A stretch of DNA of 64,000 nt from Patescibacteria group bacterium. GTDB taxonomy: Bacteria; Patescibacteriota; Patescibacteriia; UBA11705; DATKZF01. The position numbers and the translations under genes were made by a program. Below the pieces are notes generated by a model. The model saw only the letters and a program-made list of their open reading frames with translations. It was not told where the DNA came from and made no database searches. Numbering within the stretch: the first letter of the stretch is position 1; each line of letters opens with the position of its first letter. Positions 9,160 through 19,246 of the stretch are shown here, piece after piece. The stretch is from contig JBMORT010000009.1 in the NCBI GenBank assembly GCA_049319825.1, positions 3,349-67,348 of the forward strand, read 5' to 3'.

Positions 9160-10548
9160 ATGAATATTGACTTAAATAAAATAAAAAAGGTATATCTCTG
9201 CGGCATCGGCGGCATCGGCGTATCGGCGCTGGCCCGCTATTTTTTGAATTTGGAAAAAGAAGTTTGTGGATCAGACGCGGCGCCTTCTGAAATTACCAGG
9301 GATTTGGAAAGCAAAGGCATCGTGATTAATCAATCTCAGGACGCCAGCAATATCTCGTCTGATATTGATTTGTTCATCTTCTCGTCGGCGGTACCCGAAT
9401 CAAACCCGGAGCGGCAAAGAGCGAGCGAATTGGGAATTGCGGAAATCAGTTATAATGATTTTTTGGGTTGGTTGTCCGGCCAATATGATACGGTGGCGGT
9501 TTGCGGCACCAATGGCAAAACCACCACAACCGGCATGACCGCCGGCATATTGATCGATGCCCGGCTAGATCCGACGGTGGTCATAGGCTCAAATTTACCA
9601 AGGATAAAGGGGAATTTTCGGCTTGGTCAAAGCCCTTGGCTGGTGCTTGAAGCTTGTGAGTATCGGGAGCATTTTCTGAAGCTGTCGCCAAAGGCGGTTG
9701 TCATCACCAATATCGAAGAGGACCATTTGGATTATTTTCGGGATTTAAACCACATTATCGCCGCGTTTCAAAAATTTATCGATAAATTGGAGAAAGAAAA
9801 TGATATTTTGGTGATCAATAAAGATGATGAGCATTCAAAAAAATTGATTATGCCCAAATGTCAGGTGGTCACATACGGTTTTTTGGAAGATGCCGACGTT
9901 CAGGCGAGCAATTATCGCATCGAAGAAGGCCGTCAGCGTTTTTCCGTCAGCTATCTGGGTAATGACTTGGGCGAGTTCGAATTGATGGTCGCCGGAAAAT
10001 TTAACGTGTCCAACGCGCTGGCGGCAATCGCGTTGGCGCTAAAATTAAATATTAGTTTGGCCGATATCAAAAAGTCCTTAGCCAATTTTTCCGGCGCGTG
10101 GCGTCGTTTGGAGGTGATCGGGAAAAATCCGCTGGTCATTTCCGATTACGCCCATCACCCCACGGCGGTGGAAGTTACCAGAAACGCCGTAGATGATTTT
10201 TATCCCGGGAAAAGAAAAATTATCGTTTTTCAGCCGCACCAGCATAATCGAACCAAGAAGCTGTTTGATGAATTCGTGCAGAGTTTATTGCCCAGAAATC
10301 AAGACGAATTGATAATCGTGTCCGAAATATACGACGTTCGCGGCCGAAAAAGCAAGGAAGACGAAAACATCAGTTCTGAAAATCTTGTCCAGGCGATAAA
10401 TGGGAAAAAAAACCCGGATCTGGGCGAAGTTATCTATTCTCCAAACCTTGAATCGACGCTCGGATTGATTCGAAAAAAAGTTAATCCGGATGATTTGGTG
10501 CTGGTGATGGGGGCAGGCGATGTTTATGAATTAGTTGATAAGATTTAG
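9160..10548 (+). CDS. murC: UDP-N-acetylmuramate--L-alanine ligase
   Basis: GIGGIGVSALA, GTNGKTTTT, EACEY, DHLD, DYAHHP, FQPH, MGAGD. Confidence 0.95.
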   Translation: MNIDLNKIKKVYLCGIGGIGVSALARYFLNLEKEVCGSDAAPSEITRDLESKGIVINQSQDASNISSDIDLFIFSSAVPESNPERQRASELGIAEISYNDFLGWLSGQYDTVAVCGTNGKTTTTGMTAGILIDARLDPTVVIGSNLPRIKGNFRLGQSPWLVLEACEYREHFLKLSPKAVVITNIEEDHLDYFRDLNHIIAAFQKFIDKLEKENDILVINKDDEHSKKLIMPKCQVVTYGFLEDADVQASNYRIEEGRQRFSVSYLGNDLGEFELMVAGKFNVSNALAAIALALKLNISLADIKKSLANFSGAWRRLEVIGKNPLVISDYAHHPTAVEVTRNAVDDFYPGKRKIIVFQPHQHNRTKKLFDEFVQSLLPRNQDELIIVSEIYDVRGRKSKEDENISSENLVQAINGKKNPDLGEVIYSPNLESTLGLIRKKVNPDDLVLVMGAGDVYELVDKI

Positions 10549-10703
10549 AAGGCAGGAGAAGGCATAAGGAGGCTGAAGAAGGATACGTAATAAAGAAGTA
10601 GAGAGGGCAGCCCTGTTTGCCTTCTTTACCTCTTTACCCCATAGCCCTATCACGCCTTCTCTAGCCCCCTTAAGCCTTCTTTCGAATATGATATAATAGT
10701 AGT

Positions 10704-11657
10704 ATGCTAAACAAACTCAAAGAAAACCTACTAGGCATTGAAATACTGGAAAACGAGCCGATGGCCAAGCACACCACTTTTCGGGTGGGCGGGCCGGCCG
10801 AGTATTATTGCGAGGTTAATAACAAAGGGGATTTATATAAAGTTTTATCGACCGCGAGGAATTTGAAGCTGCCGTTTTTTATTTTCGGCGGCGGCAGCAA
10901 TATTTTGGTGACTGACAATGGAATCAAGGGAGTGGTTATTAAATTAGCTGAAGGCGAAATCGATATCAGCGGCAATCGGATAAAAGTTTTCTGCGGAAAT
11001 AATCTGCGACGCCTGATTCTGACGGCGGTTAATAAAGGCTTAGCCGGTTTGGAGTTCGCGGCTAATATTCCCGGCACCGTGGGCGGCGCCATCCGCGGCA
11101 ATGCCGGCGCGTATGGCAAAGGCGTGGGCGAATTCATCGAACAAGTCGAAGCGCTGAATATCGGCACTGATGAAGTGCGGCTGGAAATTTTTTCCAAAAA
11201 TGAATGTGATTTCGATTATCGGCACAGCATGTTCAAAGAACGATCGGAGCTGATAATCGCCGAAGCGGTTTTTACTTTACGGGAAAGTCCAGCTGACATT
11301 GACGAAAGATTGAAGTTGATTGAAGAAGAATTGCGGGATCGCCAGTTAAAGCAGCCGTACGAATGTCCGAGCGCCGGCTGTTCATTTAAGAACTTGGTTT
11401 ATAAGCCGGAATACAAAAATTTAAAGGCCTGGGAAATCCACGGCAAAGTGCCGGCTGCCAAGCTAATTGAAGAAGCCGGCCTGAAAGGCCGGCGCATCGG
11501 CGGAGCCGAAGTTTCGGAAAAACACGCAAATTTCATTTTCAATAGTGACAAAGCCAGCGCGCATGATATAATGGAATTGATGGAGCTGGTTAAAAATGAA
11601 GTGAAGGAAAAGTTCGGCGTGGAGCTGGAAGAAGAAGTGCAGCGGGTCGGTTTTTAA
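10704..11657 (+). CDS. murB: UDP-N-acetylenolpyruvoylglucosamine reductase
   Basis: HTTFRVGGPA, GGGSN, IPGTVGGA..GNAGAYG, PSAGCSFKN, SEKHANF. Confidence 0.95.
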   Translation: MLNKLKENLLGIEILENEPMAKHTTFRVGGPAEYYCEVNNKGDLYKVLSTARNLKLPFFIFGGGSNILVTDNGIKGVVIKLAEGEIDISGNRIKVFCGNNLRRLILTAVNKGLAGLEFAANIPGTVGGAIRGNAGAYGKGVGEFIEQVEALNIGTDEVRLEIFSKNECDFDYRHSMFKERSELIIAEAVFTLRESPADIDERLKLIEEELRDRQLKQPYECPSAGCSFKNLVYKPEYKNLKAWEIHGKVPAAKLIEEAGLKGRRIGGAEVSEKHANFIFNSDKASAHDIMELMELVKNEVKEKFGVELEEEVQRVGF

Positions 11658-11808
11658 AAGAAGTGCAAAGAGTAAGACTCAAAGTGTAAAATTTTAGAGT
11701 TGCTCACTCGCTCGCTCGCAACATTTTATAAAAAAATATAAACGTCCGCGTAGCGGACACCAAATTTTTGCATTTTGCATTTTGCATTTTAACTTTTAAC
11801 TTAAATCT

Positions 11809-12111
11809 ATGCATATCAACATCAAATCAACCAACATGGACCTCACCGCCGCGATCAAAGATTATGTTTTCGAAAAAGTCGACAGCCTGGAAAAATTTTT
11901 TTCCGGCGTACTGCAGGCCGATGTGGAAGTCGGTAAAACCTCTAAGCATCATCAAAAAGGCGATGTGTTTTTCTGCGAAATCAATCTGAGCGTGCCTAAA
12001 ACATTGCTGCGGTCAAGAGAAGAAATGGATGATTTATATAAAGCCATCACCAAAGCAAAGGACAGGATGCAGCGGGAATTGAAAAAGTATAAAGAGAAAA
12101 ACAGTTTTTAA
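11809..12111 (+). CDS. raiA: Ribosome hibernation factor (short HPF/RaiA)
   Basis: NMDLTAAIKDYVFEKV..L...DDLYKAI...QRELKKYKEK. Confidence 0.88.
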   Translation: MHINIKSTNMDLTAAIKDYVFEKVDSLEKFFSGVLQADVEVGKTSKHHQKGDVFFCEINLSVPKTLLRSREEMDDLYKAITKAKDRMQRELKKYKEKNSF

Positions 12112-12138
12112 TCTCTTGATAATAAAAAGCTGTAAATT

Positions 12139-12160
12139 AGGCCGTCAACGGCCTTTTTTT
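12139..12160 (+). terminator. Intrinsic terminator after hpf
   Basis: AGGCCG-TCAA-CGGCCT followed by a T tract. Confidence 0.75.
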
Positions 12161-12224
12161 ATTGTGGGACTTGCTTTTTATGTAAAAAAATGTTAATAAA
12201 TAATGAGTTAAAAAGGAGGAGACC

Positions 12225-12782
12225 ATGGACGATGTTAAAATACGGTTCGGTTTGTCTGATGAACTGGCCAAGTCAGGGGTATGGCAAAGCGTTTGGACGG
12301 ATGTATTGGCCTACGCTTCGGGGTTTCCTTTCGAATGCGTTGGCGACCACAAGCAGGCATGGTTCACGCTGAACCTTAACGGCGATGAATTTTGCGTATC
12401 GCTTAATCGTAATTTTCAAGATTTGTCATGGTTTATGGAGCAGTATTTGCGCAGGAGCCGGATGCCCGATGTTTTTTACGTTCGTCTTCTGGCCGCGTTC
12501 AGCGAGTTTGCCGAACAAGTGATGAAGACAATGCGGATTTTGGTGCTGACCTCGGCAGTTGATTTGCCGGAAAATGCCGAAGCGGAAATTATGATAGGCG
12601 CGGCAACGCGATTGGCCAGAGCCACGGGCAAAGGTTATCTGCGATTTTACGGGATGAGATGCGTGCGTCATGACCCGCGGACTTTGGTGTTTATCTGCGC
12701 CCATCCCGAACTGTATGAAAAAGTAAATCCTTATTTTGTAAGGTTAAACGATGATGGCTGGAAATTCAGTTTATTGTCGTGA
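12225..12782 (+). CDS. Hypothetical protein
   Basis: 185-aa ORF with AGGAGG RBS and a hairpin+T tract downstream. Confidence 0.6.
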   Translation: MDDVKIRFGLSDELAKSGVWQSVWTDVLAYASGFPFECVGDHKQAWFTLNLNGDEFCVSLNRNFQDLSWFMEQYLRRSRMPDVFYVRLLAAFSEFAEQVMKTMRILVLTSAVDLPENAEAEIMIGAATRLARATGKGYLRFYGMRCVRHDPRTLVFICAHPELYEKVNPYFVRLNDDGWKFSLLS

Positions 12783-12942
12783 GCGGCTTCACTGAGCTGC
12801 TTTTTATTTTAAGTTAAAGTCAAAAATCAAAAGGCAAAGTCGGACAGAAAAGTTAAAAAGTTCTATCGTTGGATTAAAAATTTTTAACATTTCCTTTTTT
12901 AACTTTTGACTTTATTGATAAAATGACCTAGTATACATTAAT

Positions 12943-13422
12943 ATGAAAAAAATAATTTTTATCGTTTTAATTTCAGCTTTAATTTTATCTGGTTGCGCCA
13001 AGCCGGCTGATCCGCTGGCCGGCCGAAGCGATAAAGAAGTCGCCGCCTGTCAACTAATTCAAAAATTCGTGGTTTTTTATAGCGCCGACACCGAACAGGC
13101 TTCTTGGGTCGCTTGTGAATTCGTCGAGGGATCCGTTTATTTTCCCACCGATGACCGCTGGGTAGCCATATCGCCCAAGCCATCGAGCGAGCATCCGAAT
13201 TATCATACCTATCTTAGAAATGTTCAATATCGAAAAGAACAGGGGATAGAAGCGCCGGCTTCGATATTGCTAGTAGATCCCTCTAACCAAATAATCATGG
13301 ATCCGGGCATCGCTGATCCGCAAGCCGGCAGGTTTTTCAGGCTGGGGGAAAATGATCTATTCGAGCGGCCGACAACAGATGAAATCAAGGCGATTTACGG
13401 GGAAGAGATATTGAATCAATAG
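12943..13422 (+). CDS. Lipoprotein
   Basis: MKKIIF...LILSGC lipobox. Confidence 0.75.
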   Translation: MKKIIFIVLISALILSGCAKPADPLAGRSDKEVAACQLIQKFVVFYSADTEQASWVACEFVEGSVYFPTDDRWVAISPKPSSEHPNYHTYLRNVQYRKEQGIEAPASILLVDPSNQIIMDPGIADPQAGRFFRLGENDLFERPTTDEIKAIYGEEILNQ

Positions 13423-13621
13423 TAAAAAAGAAATAGTAAATAGTGATAATTAGGAATATTTTATTATATTTATTATGTATCTTTACTATTTACGCTTTTT
13501 ACTGACGCTCCGTATTCAATTTTTATGCTCAACAATCAGCCAAATCATGGCTGTTTTTTATTGACAATATCGTCCCATTGCGCTATAGTGTGATATCACT
13601 GGAAAAAGGAGAACACATGAC

Positions 13622-13999
13622 ATGAGGCACCGGCGTAAAGACCAAGTTTGGGTAGTTACCGATTCTTTAATTGTAGTCCGCTGTTTTATCAGAGATATTG
13701 ATGATTTGGAATATCGGAAAAACAATGAACGTCCAATTTTATATCGGCTGGATGAAGCGGCGTTTGGCTGGGTTTCAGAAGATATTCTGCATGGGACGCG
13801 GGAAAACGCCGTTGCTTTCGCTCAGGAGCAAATGAAAAATAGCCACGCTGAATTGAAAATCGAAACACTGGATGAATTCCGTTACCGAAAGCTGTTCGCC
13901 GCCAATCGGGCAAAAGGATTGCCCGCGCCGAGCTTGGACGACGTGTCTCGTCCAATCAAGCGGCTGGGCGCAGACTGGTTTTATGCGGAAGAAGACTAA
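13622..13999 (+). CDS. Hypothetical protein
   Basis: Upstream TTGACA-17-TATAGT promoter (13561-13589) and AAGGAG RBS. Confidence 0.55.
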   Translation: MRHRRKDQVWVVTDSLIVVRCFIRDIDDLEYRKNNERPILYRLDEAAFGWVSEDILHGTRENAVAFAQEQMKNSHAELKIETLDEFRYRKLFAANRAKGLPAPSLDDVSRPIKRLGADWFYAEED

Positions 14000-14069
14000 G
14001 ATGAATAACCGCCAAGCAATAAAATTTGCGAGGCGGTTTTTAATTATAATCAATTTTATCTACGGCAAT

Positions 14070-15047
14070 TTATTGTTTCTTCTCCATGTCTACGGCTAAG
14101 GGGTGGCCGGCGCCGCAATCGAGTTCGGATAAGTCAGAATAAAAATTTATTTCGTATGATCCGTTTTCTCTCTTTATAATATTGCCGGTTTTTTCACCTT
14201 CGCCGGAATACAGTCTGATCCAATTCGCTTCGACGACGGTGACAATGAAAGACGCTTCGCAGATGTGGTCCGTCAGGTAGAGAGCATTCCAGGTGGCGCT
14301 GAGTATGCCGTCCGAATCCGGTTTGACGACCAGATCTGCGGCGATGGCCTCATTTGGCGATTCATAGCTGCCCACGAAATTTTGATATGCGCCGATATAT
14401 TTTTTCAGGCATTCGGCGTTTTCGCAATTTTCATTGAAATAATTTTGCCAAGCATAAAGATCTTCAAAGGCGCTGGATCGCCAATCAAGCACCGCGGTAT
14501 TGTATATCGACCAGCCGTTAGGCCCCTTTTTATAACCTTCATTGAGAATGATTATTTCGTTATCCTGATCAGCGTCAAGATTAGTGAACATCACTGAGGC
14601 GATTTTAATATTATCAACAGTTTGGTTGTCGAATTGATTGAGATCGGGCAAACTCAGCTGTTTGTATCCGGTTTTTTCTTTAATCAACGCTTTACCGGCC
14701 CAACGGCAATGAAAACAGTCTTTTTCTTTATAAAAAAATAAAATGGCTTCCGACCAAGGGCCAAAACTCCCTTTGAGCACTTGGTGTTCAAATTCATACC
14801 CATCCGGCAAATATTGGGTGGCTATTTCCTGGATTGTCGGTTCGACCGTTTGTGTGTTTATCTCTGGTTCCGTCGTAGCTGTAGAGGTTAACGGATCCAA
14901 GATGATATTTTGATTTTCATTTTGTATAGATTCAACGCGATTTAGCTTTTGGAGAAATTTCCAGCCGAAATAGACCCCGGCGGCCAAAAGCAAAGCGATA
15001 ATGATAAGAAAAAAAATAATTAGCGCGCGATTTGATTTTTTTTCCAT
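14070..15047 (-). CDS. Membrane-anchored hypothetical protein
   Basis: N-terminal TM helix; DADQDNEI Ca-loop-like motif. Confidence 0.7.
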   Translation of the reverse strand: MEKKSNRALIIFFLIIIALLLAAGVYFGWKFLQKLNRVESIQNENQNIILDPLTSTATTEPEINTQTVEPTIQEIATQYLPDGYEFEHQVLKGSFGPWSEAILFFYKEKDCFHCRWAGKALIKEKTGYKQLSLPDLNQFDNQTVDNIKIASVMFTNLDADQDNEIIILNEGYKKGPNGWSIYNTAVLDWRSSAFEDLYAWQNYFNENCENAECLKKYIGAYQNFVGSYESPNEAIAADLVVKPDSDGILSATWNALYLTDHICEASFIVTVVEANWIRLYSGEGEKTGNIIKRENGSYEINFYSDLSELDCGAGHPLAVDMEKKQ

Positions 15048-15143
15048 AAAACGATAAATTAATTAATTATAGTTTAGCATTGATTATTAAATTAAAAAAG
15101 ATTGAAAAGTCGCTTTTTTGGTGATAATATATAACAAGTGCGA

Positions 15144-15169
15144 CCAGCCTTCGCCAAGGCTTCGGCTGG
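15144..15169. repeat. REP-like short palindrome upstream of secA
   Basis: CCAGCC-TTC-GCCAAGGC-TTC-GGCTGG. Confidence 0.45.
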
Positions 15170-15233
15170 CAGGTTGAGTATGTAGATTATAATTCCAGCT
15201 TCCATGCCTAAAAACCAACTTCCAAAAAAATAT

Positions 15234-17996
15234 ATGTCAATATTATCAAAAATTTTCGGCGATCCGAATCAAAAAGAAATCAATAAAATAATGAAAGTGG
15301 TTGAGCAGATAAATCAGCTCGAGCCGGAATTTAAAGCGCTTTCAGATGCTGATTTGAAAGCGAAGACTTCGTATTTTAAAAGTCAATTAAAGGACGGAAA
15401 AACACTGGATGATATTTTGCCCGAAGCCTTCGCCGCGGTCCGCGAAGCTTCCAGCCGGACTTTGGGCCAGCGTCATTATGATGTCCAGCTGGTCGGCGCG
15501 ATGGCGCTTTACCGAGGACAAATCGCGGAGATGAGAACCGGTGAAGGCAAGACGTTGACCGCGACCGCGGCTGTATATTTGAACGCGCTCGCCGGCAGGG
15601 GCGTGCATTTGGTGACTGTCAACGATTACTTGTCAAGAAGAGACGCGGTCTGGATGGGGCAGGTTTATAATTTTTTGGGACTATCCGTCGGTTGTCTGCA
15701 GCACGAGAAAGCATTTTTGTATGATGAAAATTTTCTCGGCGAACAAGCGACCGATGAAAAAAGAGACGAAGCGGGATCATATAAAATTCAAGAAAAATTT
15801 TTGCGGCCGGTCGCCAGAAAGGAAGCCTACCTGGCTGACATAACCTACGGCACAAATAATGAATTCGGTTTTGATTTTTTGCGGGACAACATGGTTTCCG
15901 ATATGGAAAACAAGGTTCAGCGTCCGCTTCATTATGCCATTGTCGACGAAGTCGACTCGATATTGATCGACGAAGCCCGGACGCCGCTGATAATATCGGC
16001 TCCAGCCGAAGAATCGGCCGATCTTTATCAAAAATTCGCGCGGCTTGTTCCCCGGCTTATTGAAAACGAGGATTATAATATCGATGAAAAAATGAAAGCG
16101 GCTGCCTTAACGGAAAACGGCATTAACAAAGTCGAGCAATTGATGGGCATTGGTAATTTTTGGACCGAAGGCGGCATGATGTTGGTTCATCATCTTGAGG
16201 AAGCATTAAAAGCGCACGCTTTATTTAAAAAAGATCGTGATTATGTCGTCAAGGACGGGGAAGTGGTGATCATTGATGAATTCACCGGTCGATTGATGGA
16301 AGGCCGTCGTTACTCCGAAGGATTGCATCAAGCTATCGAAGCTAAGGAAGGGGTGGAGGTGAAAAAAGAAAGTCGGACGCTGGCAACTATAACTTTTCAA
16401 AATTATTTCAGAATGTATAAAAAGTTGTCGGGTATGACCGGCACCGCAGAAACCGAAGCGGAGGAATTCGGTAAAATATATCATCTCGAAGTTTTAGTTA
16501 TTCCCACCAATAAGCCGATGATCAGAGAGGATAAACCTGATCGGATTTTTGCTACGGAGCTGGGTAAATTCAAGGCGATCGTCAAAGACGTCAAAGAGCT
16601 TCATGCAAAAGGACAACCGGTTTTGATCGGCACCATTTCCATTGAAAAAAATGAGATGCTCAGCCGTTTCTTAAAGCAGGCTGGCATTCCGCATCAAGTT
16701 TTGAACGCTAAAAATCACGAAAAAGAAGCGCAGATAATTGCTCAAGCCGGTAAAGTCGGGGCGGTAACGGTTGCGACCAACATGGCCGGTCGCGGCGTTG
16801 ATATCATTTTGGGCGGCGCGCCGTTTGATCAAATTGAACACGATAAAGTCAGCGCGCTTGGGGGCTTATTCGTATTGGGCACGGAGCGCCATGAATCCAG
16901 GCGCATTGATAATCAGCTACGCGGCCGATCGGGCCGCCAAGGCGATCCCGGCCGCTCGCAGTTTTATGTCTCCACCGAAGACGATCTGATGAGAATATTC
17001 GGGTCTGATCGAGTGAAGTCGATTATGCAGACACTGCGGGTGCCGGAGGATATGCCGATTGAAAACAGAATGATCAGCCGCGCGCTTGAGAAGGCGCAAA
17101 TTCGGGTTGAGGGCTATCACTTCGACATCCGAAAACATTTGGTTGAATATGACGATGTCATGAATAAACAACGTGAATATGTTTATCGGCGGAGAGATTC
17201 TATTTTAAAAACTTTTCAGCAGAACCCGGCGCACCTATCCGGGATGATCACAGAAATGATCAGCGCGGAAATCGAGCAAGTGGTAACCTTTCATGCCGCC
17301 GATCCCGACCAATCCAAGTGGAACATGAAAGAAATCGCGGAAACCTGCAAAACAATTTTCCCAGTCCCGGATGATTTAGCGCATCAATTGGCCAGCTTGG
17401 AAAAGCTGGCCGGAGATCGAGACAGCGATGTCGCGGCCCGAACGGCCATAATTGAGCATTTGGAGAATATTTTTAAACAGGATTACGCCAGGCTGGCTGA
17501 ACAGATAAATGAGTCGGGCAAAGCGCTCGAGATTGATATGCATTCGGTGGAAAAAGAAATATTGGTCCGCAGCATAGATAATTTATGGGTCGATCATCTG
17601 GACGCGATCGACAGTCTCCGCACAGGCATTGGCTTGCGAGGCTATGGTCAGCGCGATCCGTTGATTGAGTATAAAAGAGAAGCGCGGTTGATGTTCGACC
17701 AGCTGTTGAACATGATCAATCAGCAAGTCGTTTACAGTATTTTTAAGGTCGGCTTGATGCGCGCCGGCACCCGTGGCATCATGGATCGCGACAATGCCAC
17801 CTACGATGCGCCGGCAAAGGATTCGTCAGCTGCCGCATTGAAAAACAGAATGGGTGATCCGTACCAGCAGGCCAAACGGCAAGAAGTTCGGGCGGCCGGC
17901 GACCGAGTGAAAGACGCTTCGGGGAAAAAGGTCGGTCGAAACGATCCGTGCCCCTGCGGCTCTGGCAAAAAGTATAAAAAATGTTGCATAAAATAA
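15234..17996 (+). CDS. secA: Preprotein translocase SecA; last codons supplied by the prophage
   Basis: MRTGEGKT, DEVDSILIDEARTPLIIS, ERHESRRIDNQLRGRSGRQGDPG, C-terminal GRNDPCPCGSGKKYKKCC; start taken at MSILSK. Confidence 0.98.
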   Translation: MSILSKIFGDPNQKEINKIMKVVEQINQLEPEFKALSDADLKAKTSYFKSQLKDGKTLDDILPEAFAAVREASSRTLGQRHYDVQLVGAMALYRGQIAEMRTGEGKTLTATAAVYLNALAGRGVHLVTVNDYLSRRDAVWMGQVYNFLGLSVGCLQHEKAFLYDENFLGEQATDEKRDEAGSYKIQEKFLRPVARKEAYLADITYGTNNEFGFDFLRDNMVSDMENKVQRPLHYAIVDEVDSILIDEARTPLIISAPAEESADLYQKFARLVPRLIENEDYNIDEKMKAAALTENGINKVEQLMGIGNFWTEGGMMLVHHLEEALKAHALFKKDRDYVVKDGEVVIIDEFTGRLMEGRRYSEGLHQAIEAKEGVEVKKESRTLATITFQNYFRMYKKLSGMTGTAETEAEEFGKIYHLEVLVIPTNKPMIREDKPDRIFATELGKFKAIVKDVKELHAKGQPVLIGTISIEKNEMLSRFLKQAGIPHQVLNAKNHEKEAQIIAQAGKVGAVTVATNMAGRGVDIILGGAPFDQIEHDKVSALGGLFVLGTERHESRRIDNQLRGRSGRQGDPGRSQFYVSTEDDLMRIFGSDRVKSIMQTLRVPEDMPIENRMISRALEKAQIRVEGYHFDIRKHLVEYDDVMNKQREYVYRRRDSILKTFQQNPAHLSGMITEMISAEIEQVVTFHAADPDQSKWNMKEIAETCKTIFPVPDDLAHQLASLEKLAGDRDSDVAARTAIIEHLENIFKQDYARLAEQINESGKALEIDMHSVEKEILVRSIDNLWVDHLDAIDSLRTGIGLRGYGQRDPLIEYKREARLMFDQLLNMINQQVVYSIFKVGLMRAGTRGIMDRDNATYDAPAKDSSAAALKNRMGDPYQQAKRQEVRAAGDRVKDASGKKVGRNDPCPCGSGKKYKKCCIK
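17952..17987 (+). other. attL (core TATAAAAAATG at 17973-17983)
   Basis: 30/36 identical to 52526-52561. Confidence 0.85.
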
Positions 17997-18032
17997 CTAT
18001 AATAGGCAACAATTAAGCCATTAACGCAAATT

Positions 18033-18061
18033 AACACTTCGGTTATTCCGAAGTGTTTTTT
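18033..18061 (+). terminator. Phage-supplied terminator after secA
   Basis: AACACTTCGG-TTATT-CCGAAGTGTT followed by T tract. Confidence 0.85.
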
Positions 18062-18089
18062 GTTCTCTTATATTGTTGGCTATTATGGC

Positions 18090-18174
18090 TCGATATGTCT
18101 GCCGCACGATTTAATGAGGCCTCTGGCCTCGATTATCAACCTCCTGATAATCATCCGTGCGACAGATATATCGA
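18090..18174 (+). ncRNA. Structured leader RNA with an anti-SD-like loop
   Basis: 19-bp closing stem plus hairpins GAGGCC/GGCCTC and GATTATCA-acctcc-TGATAATC. Confidence 0.55.
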
Positions 18175-18215
18175 AAAATAATAATCGACATGCTTGTCGA
18201 AAAAAAGGAGGAAAT

Positions 18216-18377
18216 ATGACGTTCAAACAAAAATTCGGCTATTCGTGGAAAAACAATGTCGAGGGGCGACGAATGACCGCCAAGCAGTGGTTATGGGATT
18301 TCGTTAAGTCGATAACGTGTTGCGTTATCGTGTTCGGCATAATCCTGCTGATAGTCATTTGGAGACGTAATAAATAA
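18216..18377 (+). CDS. Small membrane protein, first early gene
   Basis: AGGAGG RBS before ATG 18216; C-terminal TM followed by WRRNK. Confidence 0.6.
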   Translation: MTFKQKFGYSWKNNVEGRRMTAKQWLWDFVKSITCCVIVFGIILLIVIWRRNK

Positions 18378-18418
18378 TTCGGCGACTTAGCTGTTCGCCG
18401 ATGAAAGGAGAAAACAAT

Positions 18419-19246
18419 ATGCGTTTACTTAACACGGGAGATCCGCAAGCAAAGCCTCCGGTGGTAATGCTTGTGTATGGCGAGGGTGGTGTCGGCAAGA
18501 CGACATTCACTTCCACGGCGCCAAAGCCGATTCTCGCCGATTGCGAGGGTGGGTCAAAGTATTTCGGCTTGCGAGGCATTTCGATGGACGTGGCCATGAT
18601 CGAGGGCTGGTCAGACATGAAGGATTTTTTAGAGCTGGCCAAAGGAGAAAAGTATGAAACGGTCGTGATTGATCCGATTGGCGAGCTTATGGACAAGCTC
18701 AAGAGATTCATGGTCGCCAAAGGTGATTCAAAATTGGTTCAAAAAGACGGGAGCCCGACAATGGCCGGCTGGGGCTGGCTAAAGAAGACGATGAGAGATT
18801 ATATCAAAGTCTTGCGAGATTCGGGCAAGCACGTGATCATCGTCGCTCACATCGACGAAAAATTCGACGAAGACAAAATGGTCAAACGGCCAATGATCGA
18901 AACCAAGATCAGCACGGAGCTGGTGAATATGGTTGATGTCGTGGCCTACATGACAGTCATCACGAATAACGGGGAAGACAAGAGAGTGTTGGTCGTCGAT
19001 CCGTCAAATGACAAATACACGGCCAAGGACCGGACCGGACAATTGGGCAAATACATCGAGCCGGATTTCACGAAGATTATTCATGCATGTCAAGGAACAA
19101 AAACTTTTTCGTGGTCGAAAAAAACCGAGAAAAAGGTTGAAAAAGTTGAGAAAAAAGAGGAAACTCCCCGGCCTACGGCCAAAGAAGAATTGCAAAAAAA
19201 GATTGAAAAATTAAAGAAAAAGGAGGTTGTATGTCCGAAAAAATAA
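18419..19246 (+). CDS. Sak4-like AAA_24 ATPase (ssDNA annealing)
   Basis: LVYGEGGVGKTT, DCEGG, TVVIDPI, IVAH, AKDRTG; AAGGAG RBS. Confidence 0.85.
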   Translation: MRLLNTGDPQAKPPVVMLVYGEGGVGKTTFTSTAPKPILADCEGGSKYFGLRGISMDVAMIEGWSDMKDFLELAKGEKYETVVIDPIGELMDKLKRFMVAKGDSKLVQKDGSPTMAGWGWLKKTMRDYIKVLRDSGKHVIIVAHIDEKFDEDKMVKRPMIETKISTELVNMVDVVAYMTVITNNGEDKRVLVVDPSNDKYTAKDRTGQLGKYIEPDFTKIIHACQGTKTFSWSKKTEKKVEKVEKKEETPRPTAKEELQKKIEKLKKKEVVCPKK

